Assembly (NCBI GenBank): GCA_964394415.1
Contig: CAYMXT010000002.1
Coordinates: 1 to 60,360 of the forward strand
DNA: 60,360 nt
DNA from: an uncultured Planctomycetales bacterium
Lineage (GTDB): Bacteria; Planctomycetota; Phycisphaerae; UBA1845; Fen-1342
Reading direction: 5' to 3'
Each line of letters begins with the position of its first letter. The first letter of the stretch is position 1. Under the pieces are notes generated by a model. It was not told where the DNA came from. It saw nothing but the letters and a program-made list of their open reading frames with translations, and did not search any database. Below are positions 46,024 through 54,732 of this stretch, piece after piece. The position numbers were made by a program, and so were the translations under genes.

Positions 46024-46443
46024 TCAGTCGCCGACCTGGTACTTGGCGCCGCGAACACTGAAAGCCCAGCGCGTTCCTTCCAGCACATCAGTGACAAACT
46101 GCGTCATGGCCGGATTCTCCAAGGCACCGCTGACGTAGGCGATTGCGTTGCCGTCGGTCTTGTCCATGCTGGCGTGAATGACCTGATCTGCATCGCACAC
46201 GACGGCCAGATTCGGGTTGTGGGTGACGATGAACACTTGCCGGCGGCGGCGGGCCTCTTTGATGCACTCCACGAGTACCTTCGCGACCGTGTGGTTGTCG
46301 AGGTTTCCCTCGGGCTGGTCGATGACGAGGGGCATGACCGACTCAGCGCGACGGAGCTTGTGAACGAGCGCGAGCTGCGCAGCCGGGGCGAGGCGCTGGC
46401 GCGCAGCGAGGCTTTGAGAGAACCGGCACAGCCTCTGCATGAA
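46024..46443 (-). pseudogene. C-terminal fragment of an SMC/ABC-type (AAA_15/23-like) ATPase
   Basis: Only the Walker B/D-loop/H-loop end is present: PLVIDQPEGNLDNHTV...RRQVFIVTHNPNLAVVCDADQVIH. There is no Walker A or N-terminal body upstream. The fragment ends where the plus-strand gene at 46457 begins. Confidence 0.6.
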
Positions 46444-46456
46444 CGGGTGGTTGAAT

Positions 46457-46879
46457 ATGAGCGCTAACGCTAACTCGATTCTGCAACGGTATGGTCTGCG
46501 GGACAACGACACGGTTGCCAACGGTGCGGGAAGGAGTGAAGCCGACGTTACGGAAGATCTCGGCGCCTTCGGCTGGCTGCGCGGCATTCGCGACCGGGCG
46601 ACGAGTCTGGAGCTTCGCAGGAAGGACGGCCACATCCTGGCTGTCGGCTACGGCTACATGGACAAGGCGGAGTTCGACCCGTCGGAGGGGATTACGCTCT
46701 CCGTCGCCGGGCAGAAGATCCGCATCAAGGGCCGCAATCTCAACGCCGAAGTCCGGCCGACGGTGCGGCTCTTCGAGGGCATCGCTCGTAACCGCGTGCC
46801 GTGGATTCAGGAGGCGGACCGGGCCGCCGGTATACAAGCCGGCGACCGGGAGACGGTCGTTGATGCCATCGAATGGTGA
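46457..46879 (+). CDS. hypothetical protein (looks mobile-element associated)
   Basis: ATG 46457 follows GGTGG. Non-repetitive sequence: DLGAFGWLRGIRDRATSLELRRKDGHILAVGYGYM...RLFEGIARNRVPWIQEAD. Family not identified. Confidence 0.5.
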   Translation: MSANANSILQRYGLRDNDTVANGAGRSEADVTEDLGAFGWLRGIRDRATSLELRRKDGHILAVGYGYMDKAEFDPSEGITLSVAGQKIRIKGRNLNAEVRPTVRLFEGIARNRVPWIQEADRAAGIQAGDRETVVDAIEW

Positions 46880-46909
46880 CAGGTGCGAAGGCGCTGCACA
46901 GCTTCGCGC

Positions 46910-47194
46910 CTACCACTCACAGGCGTACAGCTCAACCTCGCACATGCACTCGTTCTGTTTGTGGTGTCCAAAACGCGCATCGCAATTATCCGGGCTAACC
47001 AGAGCGAAGCGAAAGCACATTCCTTCCGGGCGCCCAATCACCTTTTGTACACATTTCCTGCACGGCTCGGGTTGCCATTGATCCAAAGCATCATCGAAGT
47101 AGCACGCAAACGCGGCATGGCTTGCGGTGGGCCATGCCACACACATAGCGGCGGCAATCCCCGCGACAGCCGAACAGATACTCTTGATATGCAT
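46910..47194 (-). CDS. small secreted cysteine-rich protein
   Basis: Internal ATG 47194 gives a signal peptide MHIKSICSAVAGIAAAMCVAWPTASHA with a predicted cleavage site before AFAC. The mature ~67 aa contain 8 Cys. Lies in a visibly lower-GC patch. Confidence 0.5.
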   Translation of the reverse strand: MHIKSICSAVAGIAAAMCVAWPTASHAAFACYFDDALDQWQPEPCRKCVQKVIGRPEGMCFRFALVSPDNCDARFGHHKQNECMCEVELYACEW

Positions 47195-47710
47195 AACTAT
47201 CCTCTGCTGGTAGTTGTGAGGTTCATCGTTGATGCAGTATCTCCACTGCATGTCACCCATTATCGCACGCCCGTGTGACATCTGTGTGGCGCTTCTGTGA
47301 ACCTTTTGTGACAGCGCATGTGCTAGCCGCCGCGCGTATGCTTCTAACCCACTGGCACCGACCATATTAATACAATCTCGTCGTCGCCACTATGCACCAT
47401 CGCTATCACCAATGTTTCACTGTTCCATGGGCTCTCCTCATGGCAGTATCGGTCACCCAGCGACAATCATGCTATGGAGCGAAGAGATGACCAGCGAACC
47501 ACAGCGCCGCGGCCGCGAAAGCCAGCCCGGCTCAGGGAGGTCACGCCCCTGCATCGTGCAATCGAGTCGGGGACGCCATCGACTGTCTTGGAATGGTGAA
47601 GCGCGCGGTCGCGTTGAACGCCGCTCTGCGCGGCCTTGAGCCGTTTGTTTACCACTTTTTAACTACTCGGATGGTAGCCTATATAAACACGCCCGTGGAG
47701 GGGCGAACGC

Positions 47711-48739
47711 ATGAGTCGTAGCCGCACTGGGTTCACGCTGCTCGAACTGAGCATCGTGCTTGTCATCATCGCCGTCGTCATGGCCGGCGGGGCGATCACC
47801 TTTTCCAGCATGTTTCAGCAGCGCCAGTTCGATGAAACCAATGCCAAGCTGGCCATCCTGCAGAAAGCCCTGCTCGACTATCGCCGCACCTTCAAGCGCC
47901 TGCCGTGCCCGGCGGAAATCGACGACTACAACATGGACGAGCGCTATTTCGGCATTGAAGCGCAGAATGCAACCGGCTGCAACGGCACACCGGCGGCCAC
48001 CTTCACCTATAACATCACCACCGGCACGTCCACAGCCTGCACCGCGGCGCAGCACTGCATCTATGGCGGCATGATACCGACCCGCACGCTCAAGCTTGCC
48101 GACGAAATGGCCATTGACGGCTGGGGCCGGCGCATCTTCTACGCAGTGGACAGCGATTTCGCCAAAACCGATGCCTTCACCACCCAGATGGACATCACGG
48201 CGGATGCAACAAGCGGGACGACCCGCATCGTTGTGAAGAGCATCAGCGGCGACGATAAGACCATATCCGCCGCCTATGCGCTGGTGAGCTTCGGCCCGGA
48301 CGGACACGGCGCCTACCCGCGCTACGTCAGTGAGGTGTCGCTCACTACGGCGTCCCGCATTAATCAGGTGGGGACTTACCAGATAGCCAGCAACGAAACG
48401 CCCATATACCACTTTCCCGGCGCGACCGCTTCGGACTGGAACGTCAGCGCCGTAAGTGTGCCGATGTACGTGATGGCGGCCGGCGGTGATCCGGGGATTG
48501 GCGTGGGAGGCGGCGGTTCGGAAACCTCAACTACCATCACCTTCACGGCGCGCCTCAGCTCCGGTTCGGGTAGCGTGTATACGCTTGAGAACTGCGATTG
48601 CGCCTCAACCGGGCAGAATGCGACGTTCGATAACGTGTTCTACCAGGCCCGGCTTATCCGCAACGATGACCCTGCCGACACGTTCGACGACCTGCTCGCA
48701 TTCGCAACGCGGGGATCGCTCCGGTCCGCAACCGAGTAG
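47711..48739 (+). CDS. prepilin-type N-terminal cleavage/methylation domain protein (pilin/pseudopilin-like)
   Basis: MSRSRTG|FTLLELSIVLVIIAVVMAGG is a class III signal. GGAGGGG sits upstream of the ATG. Confidence 0.8.
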   Translation: MSRSRTGFTLLELSIVLVIIAVVMAGGAITFSSMFQQRQFDETNAKLAILQKALLDYRRTFKRLPCPAEIDDYNMDERYFGIEAQNATGCNGTPAATFTYNITTGTSTACTAAQHCIYGGMIPTRTLKLADEMAIDGWGRRIFYAVDSDFAKTDAFTTQMDITADATSGTTRIVVKSISGDDKTISAAYALVSFGPDGHGAYPRYVSEVSLTTASRINQVGTYQIASNETPIYHFPGATASDWNVSAVSVPMYVMAAGGDPGIGVGGGGSETSTTITFTARLSSGSGSVYTLENCDCASTGQNATFDNVFYQARLIRNDDPADTFDDLLAFATRGSLRSATE

Positions 48740-48742
48740 CCC

Positions 48743-49570
48743 ATGCAAGCGCGGCGCTCGGAGCACAGAGCGAAGAAGCCGCAGAAACGCGATACAAAGA
48801 GACGAGCGTCACCGCTGAAGGAGCGCACTGGCGGTGGATGTACCGGCTTCACGCTGCTCGAATTGTCCATCGTGATGATGATCATCGGCTTCGTCATGGC
48901 CGCGATTCTCGTGGGAAGGGAACTGATTCACAGCGCCGAGCTGCGCGGCGTGGTCAGGCAACTTGAGGAGTACGACGCTGCGGCGACCACCTTTAAGGCC
49001 AAATACGGGTGCCTGCCGGGAGATTGCCCGTCGGCAACCGAAGTAGGGCTGGGCGAACCGGGGTGTCCTCCTGGGTTCTATGACGTGTACGGCGTGAATC
49101 AAGGCGACATCCAGTATGCCGGCTGCAACGGGAACGGCGATGGGCGATTCGAAGTAACTGCGTACATCCATCCCGAGCATCTCAACTACTGGTACCACAT
49201 GCAGCAAGCCGGGCTGATTACGGGGCCGCTCGACGGTAAGAGCATTACGACGCCTGCCTTTCCGGCGTTCGGGCGATCGATGCCTCTCACAAAGCTGAGG
49301 GATGTCGGAATTGCAACCAAAGGTGGCCAGCACATGACTATCGGGCATCCACATGTTCTCGGCGACAAATTTGGCCTCTTGGTCGGTGAGGCGCAGTACA
49401 TAGACTGCAAGATGGATGATTGCGCTTGGTCCGAAGGGCGCATGTCGGGTTTTTTTTGGTCATCGCCGTGCTGGCCGTCATCACCGACGGAATACGACAC
49501 GGCGGGCAAGGAGGATTGTAGAAGCGAGCTCTTCGTCAAGCTGCCGCTCGGAATGACTGTGACATGGTGA
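48743..49570 (+). CDS. prepilin-type N-terminal domain protein with an unusually long basic leader
   Basis: G|FTLLELSIVMMIIGFVMAAILVG is preceded by ~35 basic residues. The post-helix motif FKAKYGCLPGDC is shared with the next two genes. The start is uncertain. Confidence 0.7.
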   Translation: MQARRSEHRAKKPQKRDTKRRASPLKERTGGGCTGFTLLELSIVMMIIGFVMAAILVGRELIHSAELRGVVRQLEEYDAAATTFKAKYGCLPGDCPSATEVGLGEPGCPPGFYDVYGVNQGDIQYAGCNGNGDGRFEVTAYIHPEHLNYWYHMQQAGLITGPLDGKSITTPAFPAFGRSMPLTKLRDVGIATKGGQHMTIGHPHVLGDKFGLLVGEAQYIDCKMDDCAWSEGRMSGFFWSSPCWPSSPTEYDTAGKEDCRSELFVKLPLGMTVTW

Positions 49571-50508
49571 CGCGGTCCGGCTTTACGCTCATCGAGCTTT
49601 CGATAGTCCTGGTCATCATCGCGCTGCTGGTGGGTGGAATCCTCGTGGGCCGCGACCTTATCAAGGCCGCGGAAATCCGCCAGATTGTCTCCGATGTCGA
49701 GAAGTTCAGCAGCGCCGCCAACACGTTCCGAGAGAAGTATGGCTGCCTGCCCGGCGACTGCACGAAAGCTGCGGAGTTAGGATTCGATGCGTTTACGGGT
49801 AGCGCCGCCAACGGCGACAGCGTCATCGGTTACAGCGGCCATCCGGCCTGCGCCGTCTTTCCGAACACGGGCTGCCCCGTCGAGCACGCGGCCTTTTGGT
49901 ATCAATTGAGCGCCGCTAGCCTCATCTCCGGCTCCTATCCGTGGCCGGCCAGCGGGTCGGACGGGACGACCTGCGCCTCGGGGCCGAGTGACTGCCTGAC
50001 CGGCAATACCTTCCTGTGCCGATCCGGCGTGGCCTCGCCGCCCGCCAGAATCGTCGCGACGGCGTTCTTTACGACGTGCGGCGCTCCCGGCGGCTGGAGC
50101 GTCGTCGGCTCGGCCGTGTTTCCCACGAATTCATCTGGCTCGGGAACGACAACGAACTACCCACCGGGCATGCCGACCATCGCGGGTCACGCCCTGGCCA
50201 TCGGGCATTCCGGGACGTTTCCGGGCACGTTCTCGGTGGGGTACTCGCCGGGCGACCTGCACGCCATCGACACGAAAATCGACGACGGCCTGCCATTCTC
50301 GGGCGCGGCTGTCGCTATGCGGTCGGCCACACGGGTCAATGGGATGTGGGAGTACAGCGCAAACGGCGTCGCCAGCACGACACCAAACGCGCCGGGAAAC
50401 CCCGCCTGCATCGGGCTTGATACGACCCCCGCGCGGTACAACCTGCAATATCAAGACAGCGGGCCGTCCTTCGGGCGTTGCGGCCTGATCATCAAGGCAG
50501 GGTTCTGA
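49564..50508 (+). CDS. prepilin-type N-terminal domain protein
   Basis: Class III signal MVTRSG|FTLIELSIVLVIIALLVGGILVG. Motif FREKYGCLPGDC. Overlaps the upstream stop. Confidence 0.8.
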   Translation: MVTRSGFTLIELSIVLVIIALLVGGILVGRDLIKAAEIRQIVSDVEKFSSAANTFREKYGCLPGDCTKAAELGFDAFTGSAANGDSVIGYSGHPACAVFPNTGCPVEHAAFWYQLSAASLISGSYPWPASGSDGTTCASGPSDCLTGNTFLCRSGVASPPARIVATAFFTTCGAPGGWSVVGSAVFPTNSSGSGTTTNYPPGMPTIAGHALAIGHSGTFPGTFSVGYSPGDLHAIDTKIDDGLPFSGAAVAMRSATRVNGMWEYSANGVASTTPNAPGNPACIGLDTTPARYNLQYQDSGPSFGRCGLIIKAGF

Positions 50509-51086
50509 TGCGAGGCGGATTCACGCTCCTCGAACTGACGGTCGTCCTGGTCATCATCGGGCTGATTATCGGCGGGGTCCTTGTCGGGCGAGACTTGGTT
50601 AAGACGGCGGAGCTACGTTCGGTCATCTCCCAGGTCGAGCAATACAACGCGGCGGTAATGACATTCAAAGCGAAATATGACGGCCTGCCCGGCGATTTCA
50701 TCGGAGCTGAAGCGGCCGGCCTGGCGGACGCGGGCTGTCCCGATGTCTATGGTGACGGCGGTGACAACATCTGTCGCACCAGCCCTCAGAATCTTGTCAA
50801 TGGTGGATGCAGCGGCAACGGCAACGCCCGTCTCGGCGATGTGACTCCCACAATAGCAACTCGTTACTGCCCGGAGACTATCGGTTTTTGGCATCACCTG
50901 GGAAAGGCGGGATTGATTGCCGGATCATTCGATGGAAAAAGCGTCGTAGTCACCTGCGCGGCCTCGCAGACCACTCCGGTATACGCCGTATCTGCGCCCC
51001 TGACTCGTCTGAACGGGGTCGGCATCATGGTTGTCGAAACGTATTACTTGATCGGCTCCAAATGCCAGGGCTACCGTCTTCCGTGA
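50508..51086 (+). CDS. prepilin-type N-terminal domain protein
   Basis: ATG 50508 overlaps the upstream stop (TGATG). Class III signal MRGG|FTLLELTVVLVIIGLIIGGVLVG. Motif FKAKYDGLPGDF. Confidence 0.8.
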   Translation: MRGGFTLLELTVVLVIIGLIIGGVLVGRDLVKTAELRSVISQVEQYNAAVMTFKAKYDGLPGDFIGAEAAGLADAGCPDVYGDGGDNICRTSPQNLVNGGCSGNGNARLGDVTPTIATRYCPETIGFWHHLGKAGLIAGSFDGKSVVVTCAASQTTPVYAVSAPLTRLNGVGIMVVETYYLIGSKCQGYRLP

Positions 51087-51104
51087 GCCCGAAGCGATAG
51101 CGAA

Positions 51105-51410
51105 TCACCTCTCCCTGCCTGGCCGGCAGGCGGGCTTGGCCGATTGCTCGGACAGGGCGCGGAGAATGTCCTCCAGCGCGAACCGGGCGTTTTTCCTGTC
51201 GATCTCGCCCTTCCCGGGGGCTTCGTCGGGAACGGCGTTGAGAGCGGCAAACGCGCCCCGGCCGAAGGCGGCTTCGTTGAGAAGCACCGCGCCACGGACC
51301 TTGTGGGCGTGCTTTCCGTTTTCGGTGTATTCCGCGACAAAGCGGTCCCACAGCGGGGCCAGTTCGGCCGGCCCGGAGAAGGTCACGGTATGCGGCGCGC
51401 CGGCGGTCAT
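51105..51410 (-). CDS. hypothetical protein (101 aa)
   Basis: An internal ATG 51410 of ORF 51105..51518 gives MTAGAPHTVTFSGPAELAPLWDRFVAEYTENGKH... No motif recognised. Confidence 0.35.
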   Translation of the reverse strand: MTAGAPHTVTFSGPAELAPLWDRFVAEYTENGKHAHKVRGAVLLNEAAFGRGAFAALNAVPDEAPGKGEIDRKNARFALEDILRALSEQSAKPACRPGRER

Positions 51411-51607
51411 CGCGCCTCCACTTCGGCGGGTTGTTGGTTGCGCGCCGTGGGCGCAGACCGCTTGCAGTCTCGCATGTCTCCTCGCGTATCTGTGGCAATG
51501 AACACCCCAGTCTACCACGATTATGTTGCATGAGTATGACGATTGCGTGACATTACGGCGTCAGTCAGAGAGCATTCTGCGACCGCTGCCTCGTCAACTC
51601 ATTGATT

Positions 51608-51724
51608 TCAAATCGAAATCCGCTCGCCGACGTTCCGCGTCACCTTGCGGTCGCGGCGATCGTAGAGCCGCGTCGTGCGCGGGTCGGCGTGGCCAAACAG
51701 CTCCCGCACGTCCTCCAGCGGCAC
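51608..51724 (-). pseudogene. 3-prime remnant (last 38 codons) of a tyrosine recombinase gene
   Basis: Translates to VPLEDVRELFGHADPRTTRLYDRRDRKVTRNVGERISI*. The intact integrase C-terminus at 52036-52152 reads VPLEDVQELLGHADPRTTRLYDRRDRTVTRNVVERISI*. Both share the flank ATTTCAAATCGAAATCC. Confidence 0.75.
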
Positions 51725-52035
51725 GGAATGTCTGAGCGGATTCGCGCGTCAGCGAGCCCGGCCGCGATGATGGGCATCCCGGCTGTGACGGCCGTTCAAC
51801 TCACGCAGCAGCGGTTGCAGGACTTGCATCACCGAAGCAGCGGCCATCACACCCATGCACACCATCGCGCACTTGTTAAATACGACTGCGTCCTCCTTCG
51901 GCGCGTAGCGGGCCATTTGCTGGGCAGTATTGGCCAAATGAAGAGGGTTCGGTGCGGTCATAGAGGTCCTCGCAGTGTCGATGTGCGAGGGAACGTATCA
52001 CAGTTCTGTGACGGTTTCATGACAATAGTGGTATT

Positions 52036-53052
52036 TCAAATCGAAATCCTCTCCACCACATTCCTCGTGACGGTCCGGTCCCTTCGGTCATAGAGCCGGG
52101 TCGTTCGCGGGTCGGCATGGCCGAGCAGCTCCTGCACGTCTTCCAGCGGCACTCCCTGTTCCAGAAGGTCGGTCGCCGTCGTAGCCCGGAAGGAATGGCA
52201 GGTGAGGATAAGTGGAAGTCCTGCGGCTTTCAGGCGCCGCTTGACCATGCGGTGGATGTCCTTGGCCTGGAGCGGTCGCTCGCAGAGTTGCAGCGTCCGG
52301 CCGAGCGCGGCGCGGAAGAGCGGCGCGTCAGGGCCGCAGGGAGCGGCCGCGATGTACTCCTCGATGTAGGCTTGCAGGTCGTGTCGGCACGGAATCTGGC
52401 GATCCGCGCCGCCTTTCTCGTCGAATCGCAGATAAGACTGACGGCCGTCGGTATAGAAGTCGCGAAGCCGGAGCTTCGCGACCGCACCGACTCGGCAGGC
52501 CGTGTACATCAAGGTGGCGAGAATCGCCCGGTCGCGCAGTCCGATTGCACCGGACGTATCGATGGAATGGAGCAAGGCGCGGGCCTGGGCAGAGTCGGTC
52601 GCCGGTGTCTTGCCGGTGACGCTTCGCACGACGGGGCCGCGAACGGATGCTGCCGGGTTCAATGCGACGGCGTGCCGCTGCACGAGAGTGTCGAAGAATC
52701 TGCGGATAGCGGCCAAGTGGAGCTTCTGCGTCGGCTTCGACGCCGGCTTACCGTCGCTCGTCGTCAGAGAGCGGATGTAGTGGCCGACGCCGCCGGGCGG
52801 AATGCGGGCAAGCTCCAGCCCCTCGGACTCGCACCATCGCAGGAACCGGTGAACGGCATGACGATATACAGTGCGGGTATGGTCGCTCGCGATCTGGTCG
52901 CCGAAGAACTCGGCGTAGGCGAAGCGGGCGTTGGGTCCGGCCTCGGTGACGATGGCCGGTATGTCATTCGAGTCGAATGCGGTCAACTCGTGGTTTGGTA
53001 CCAAAACGACGGCTGTATCACTCACGCGACCTCCATGCATCGACGTTGACAA
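52036..53052 (-). CDS. tyrosine-type site-specific recombinase/integrase
   Basis: C-terminal catalytic region: HSFRATTATDLLEQGVPLEDVQELLGHADPRTTRLYDRR. N-terminal SAM-like core-binding region: TRTVYRHAVHRFLRWCESEGL. Confidence 0.9.
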   Translation of the reverse strand: MSTSMHGGRVSDTAVVLVPNHELTAFDSNDIPAIVTEAGPNARFAYAEFFGDQIASDHTRTVYRHAVHRFLRWCESEGLELARIPPGGVGHYIRSLTTSDGKPASKPTQKLHLAAIRRFFDTLVQRHAVALNPAASVRGPVVRSVTGKTPATDSAQARALLHSIDTSGAIGLRDRAILATLMYTACRVGAVAKLRLRDFYTDGRQSYLRFDEKGGADRQIPCRHDLQAYIEEYIAAAPCGPDAPLFRAALGRTLQLCERPLQAKDIHRMVKRRLKAAGLPLILTCHSFRATTATDLLEQGVPLEDVQELLGHADPRTTRLYDRRDRTVTRNVVERISI

Positions 53053-53247
53053 TCCGTTAATCGCCCGCCTAAGCGTTAACTACAGGTGTATAACGTCCTT
53101 TGTCTACCACAACTCTCATCGATGCGCAAGTCGTACAGTTACACAAGCTGAGTACGAGAACTGTCAGTGGTATCTCGATTGGGTCTTGCGCCCATTCCTC
53201 CGTTGTGGCATTCTCGAATGAGGCAATCACAATCGGAAGGAACCGAC

Positions 53248-53490
53248 ATGGGGGATGTTCGTGTACGCAATCTCGACGACAATGTCGTCGCTGAATTCAA
53301 GGACCGCGCCAAGCGGAATGGCCGCAGCCTGGAGGCGGAGCTTCGAGACGTGCTGACGACGGAAGCGTACCGTCTTCGCCGCGAGCTTGGAGATAGGGCG
53401 CAGCAGTTCCGCGAGGAACTTCGCACCAAGTACGGCGAGTTTCCCGACTCGACGCCCGACATCTGCGAAGAGCGGGATCGGGTGGGATGA
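53248..53490 (+). CDS. vapB: VapB-type (FitA/Arc-like RHH) antitoxin
   Basis: Sequence begins MGDVRVRNLDDNVVAEFKDRAKRNGRSLEAELRDVLT. GGAAGG sits upstream of ATG 53248. The stop overlaps the vapC start (ATGA). Confidence 0.75.
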   Translation: MGDVRVRNLDDNVVAEFKDRAKRNGRSLEAELRDVLTTEAYRLRRELGDRAQQFREELRTKYGEFPDSTPDICEERDRVG

Positions 53491-53912
53491 TCGTCGTAGA
53501 TGCAAGCGTCGCCGCCAAGTGGCTGCTGCCGGAGGCGGGCGAGCAGGAAGCGCAGGCGCTCTTGGTCAGCCAGGAACGGCTGGCCGCACCGGAGTCGATC
53601 CGTATCGAAGTGGCAGGCGCGGTCATCAAGCGGTATCGCACGGGCAAACTGGATGAAGCGGACGCTCGTTCCCGCTGCGAATTCTGGCGGACCCTCATCG
53701 ACAACCGGCTGCAACTGCTGCCTGTCGAGTCGCTGTTTGAAAAGGCAATGTCCGTGGCAATTCAACTCAAGCTCGGCTTGCCGGACTGCATGTATCTGGC
53801 CGCGGCCGGGGAAATCGGCGCGGGCCTCGTCACCGCCGACCGGGCGCTTTTTGAGCGCGGGAAGGCGGTTCACGATCGCATCAAGCTGCTCGCCGGCATC
53901 GACCCGCAGTGA
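53487..53912 (+). CDS. vapC: PIN-domain toxin VapC
   Basis: MIVVDASVAAKWLLPE carries the first acidic residue. Further PIN pattern: ...DCMYLAAAGEIGAGLVTADRAL. Length 141 aa. Confidence 0.85.
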   Translation: MIVVDASVAAKWLLPEAGEQEAQALLVSQERLAAPESIRIEVAGAVIKRYRTGKLDEADARSRCEFWRTLIDNRLQLLPVESLFEKAMSVAIQLKLGLPDCMYLAAAGEIGAGLVTADRALFERGKAVHDRIKLLAGIDPQ

Positions 53913-53944
53913 GTGATTCGGAGCAGGTGCGCGGGTCGTGATTC

Positions 53945-54277
53945 CTAGTCGAGCAAGGTGAGTAACCGGGCGATCACTTCGTCCATCACGACCTCGGGGA
54001 CACGCTCAATGAAGCTGGCGCAGCGTGTCTCAAGGTCCAGAACACGGGGTTGATTGCACAGCACGACACCCTGGGTGCGCGTGCCGAGTCCAGAAAGGGA
54101 CACGGCGAAGCCGTGATCTCGCGCGAAGTTACCGCCTTGCGTGACGGGACACACGAGGGGTGTCCCAAGTCGGTTGAATTCGCGGCGAGAGACAATGAGA
54201 ACAAACCGCTTGCCCGCCTGCTCGCGGCCTTGGATTGGATCGAGGGTGACATGGTAGATGTCGCCCCGCTCCATCAA
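53945..54277 (-). CDS. mazF: MazF/PemK-family endoribonuclease toxin
   Basis: Contains ERGDIYHVTLDPIQGREQAGKRFVLIVSRREFN...LVCPVTQ. Length 110 aa. ATGA overlap with the upstream antitoxin. Confidence 0.9.
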   Translation of the reverse strand: MMERGDIYHVTLDPIQGREQAGKRFVLIVSRREFNRLGTPLVCPVTQGGNFARDHGFAVSLSGLGTRTQGVVLCNQPRVLDLETRCASFIERVPEVVMDEVIARLLTLLD

Positions 54278-54525
54278 AGCGCCTCGCGGCCGACCGGCTT
54301 GGACTCAAGCCAACTCTCGTCGGTCCGTGATGCCGAAACATCGCATTGCGCGAGCAGCTCAGCAAGCGTGTAGCGCGGCCGGGGTCTCGGCTCGACAATG
54401 AGACGACCGTCGGCGATTGAAAGTCCCACTTGCGTATTCGGATGCAGACCAAGGCTTTCAAGAATCGGCTTTGGGATGGCAAACATCACGGAGCCGCCGA
54501 CGGTGCGAAGCGTAGAACGAAGCAT
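54274..54525 (-). CDS. mazE: MazE-type AbrB/SpoVT-domain antitoxin
   Basis: Internal ATG 54525 of ORF 54274..54969 gives MLRSTLRTVGGSVMFAIPKPILESLGLHPNTQVGLSIADGRLIVEP. Length 83 aa. Confidence 0.8.
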   Translation of the reverse strand: MLRSTLRTVGGSVMFAIPKPILESLGLHPNTQVGLSIADGRLIVEPRPRPRYTLAELLAQCDVSASRTDESWLESKPVGREAL

Positions 54526-54540
54526 GTACCCTACCAGTAT

Positions 54541-54560
54541 TGTTATATCTATATATAACA
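54541..54560 (-). promoter_or_regulatory. AT-rich palindrome upstream of mazE (candidate promoter/operator)
   Basis: TGTTATAT-ctat-ATATAACA lies 16-35 nt upstream of the mazE ATG, in an otherwise GC-rich context. Confidence 0.45.
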
Positions 54561-54732
54561 CATTGCCGGCATCGCCGGCAACAAGAATCGCAGGTATAGC
54601 GCGCCGCCTGTTGTCCAGTGTGGCTAAGTGCCTGAACAGGCGACAATCTTGCACGTCGTATGAGAGTGCGCCAGGTGACGCGGTTGCACCAGAATCAGGG
54701 AGAAGGGGCATAACCGAGATACGCGGCGGAGT

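Noticed and set aside
51749-51961. 70-aa minus-strand ORF between the integrase remnant and the intact integrase.
   Set aside because: It has no motif, no clear ribosome-binding site, and lies in DNA that appears to be recombination debris. Coding status is undecidable here.
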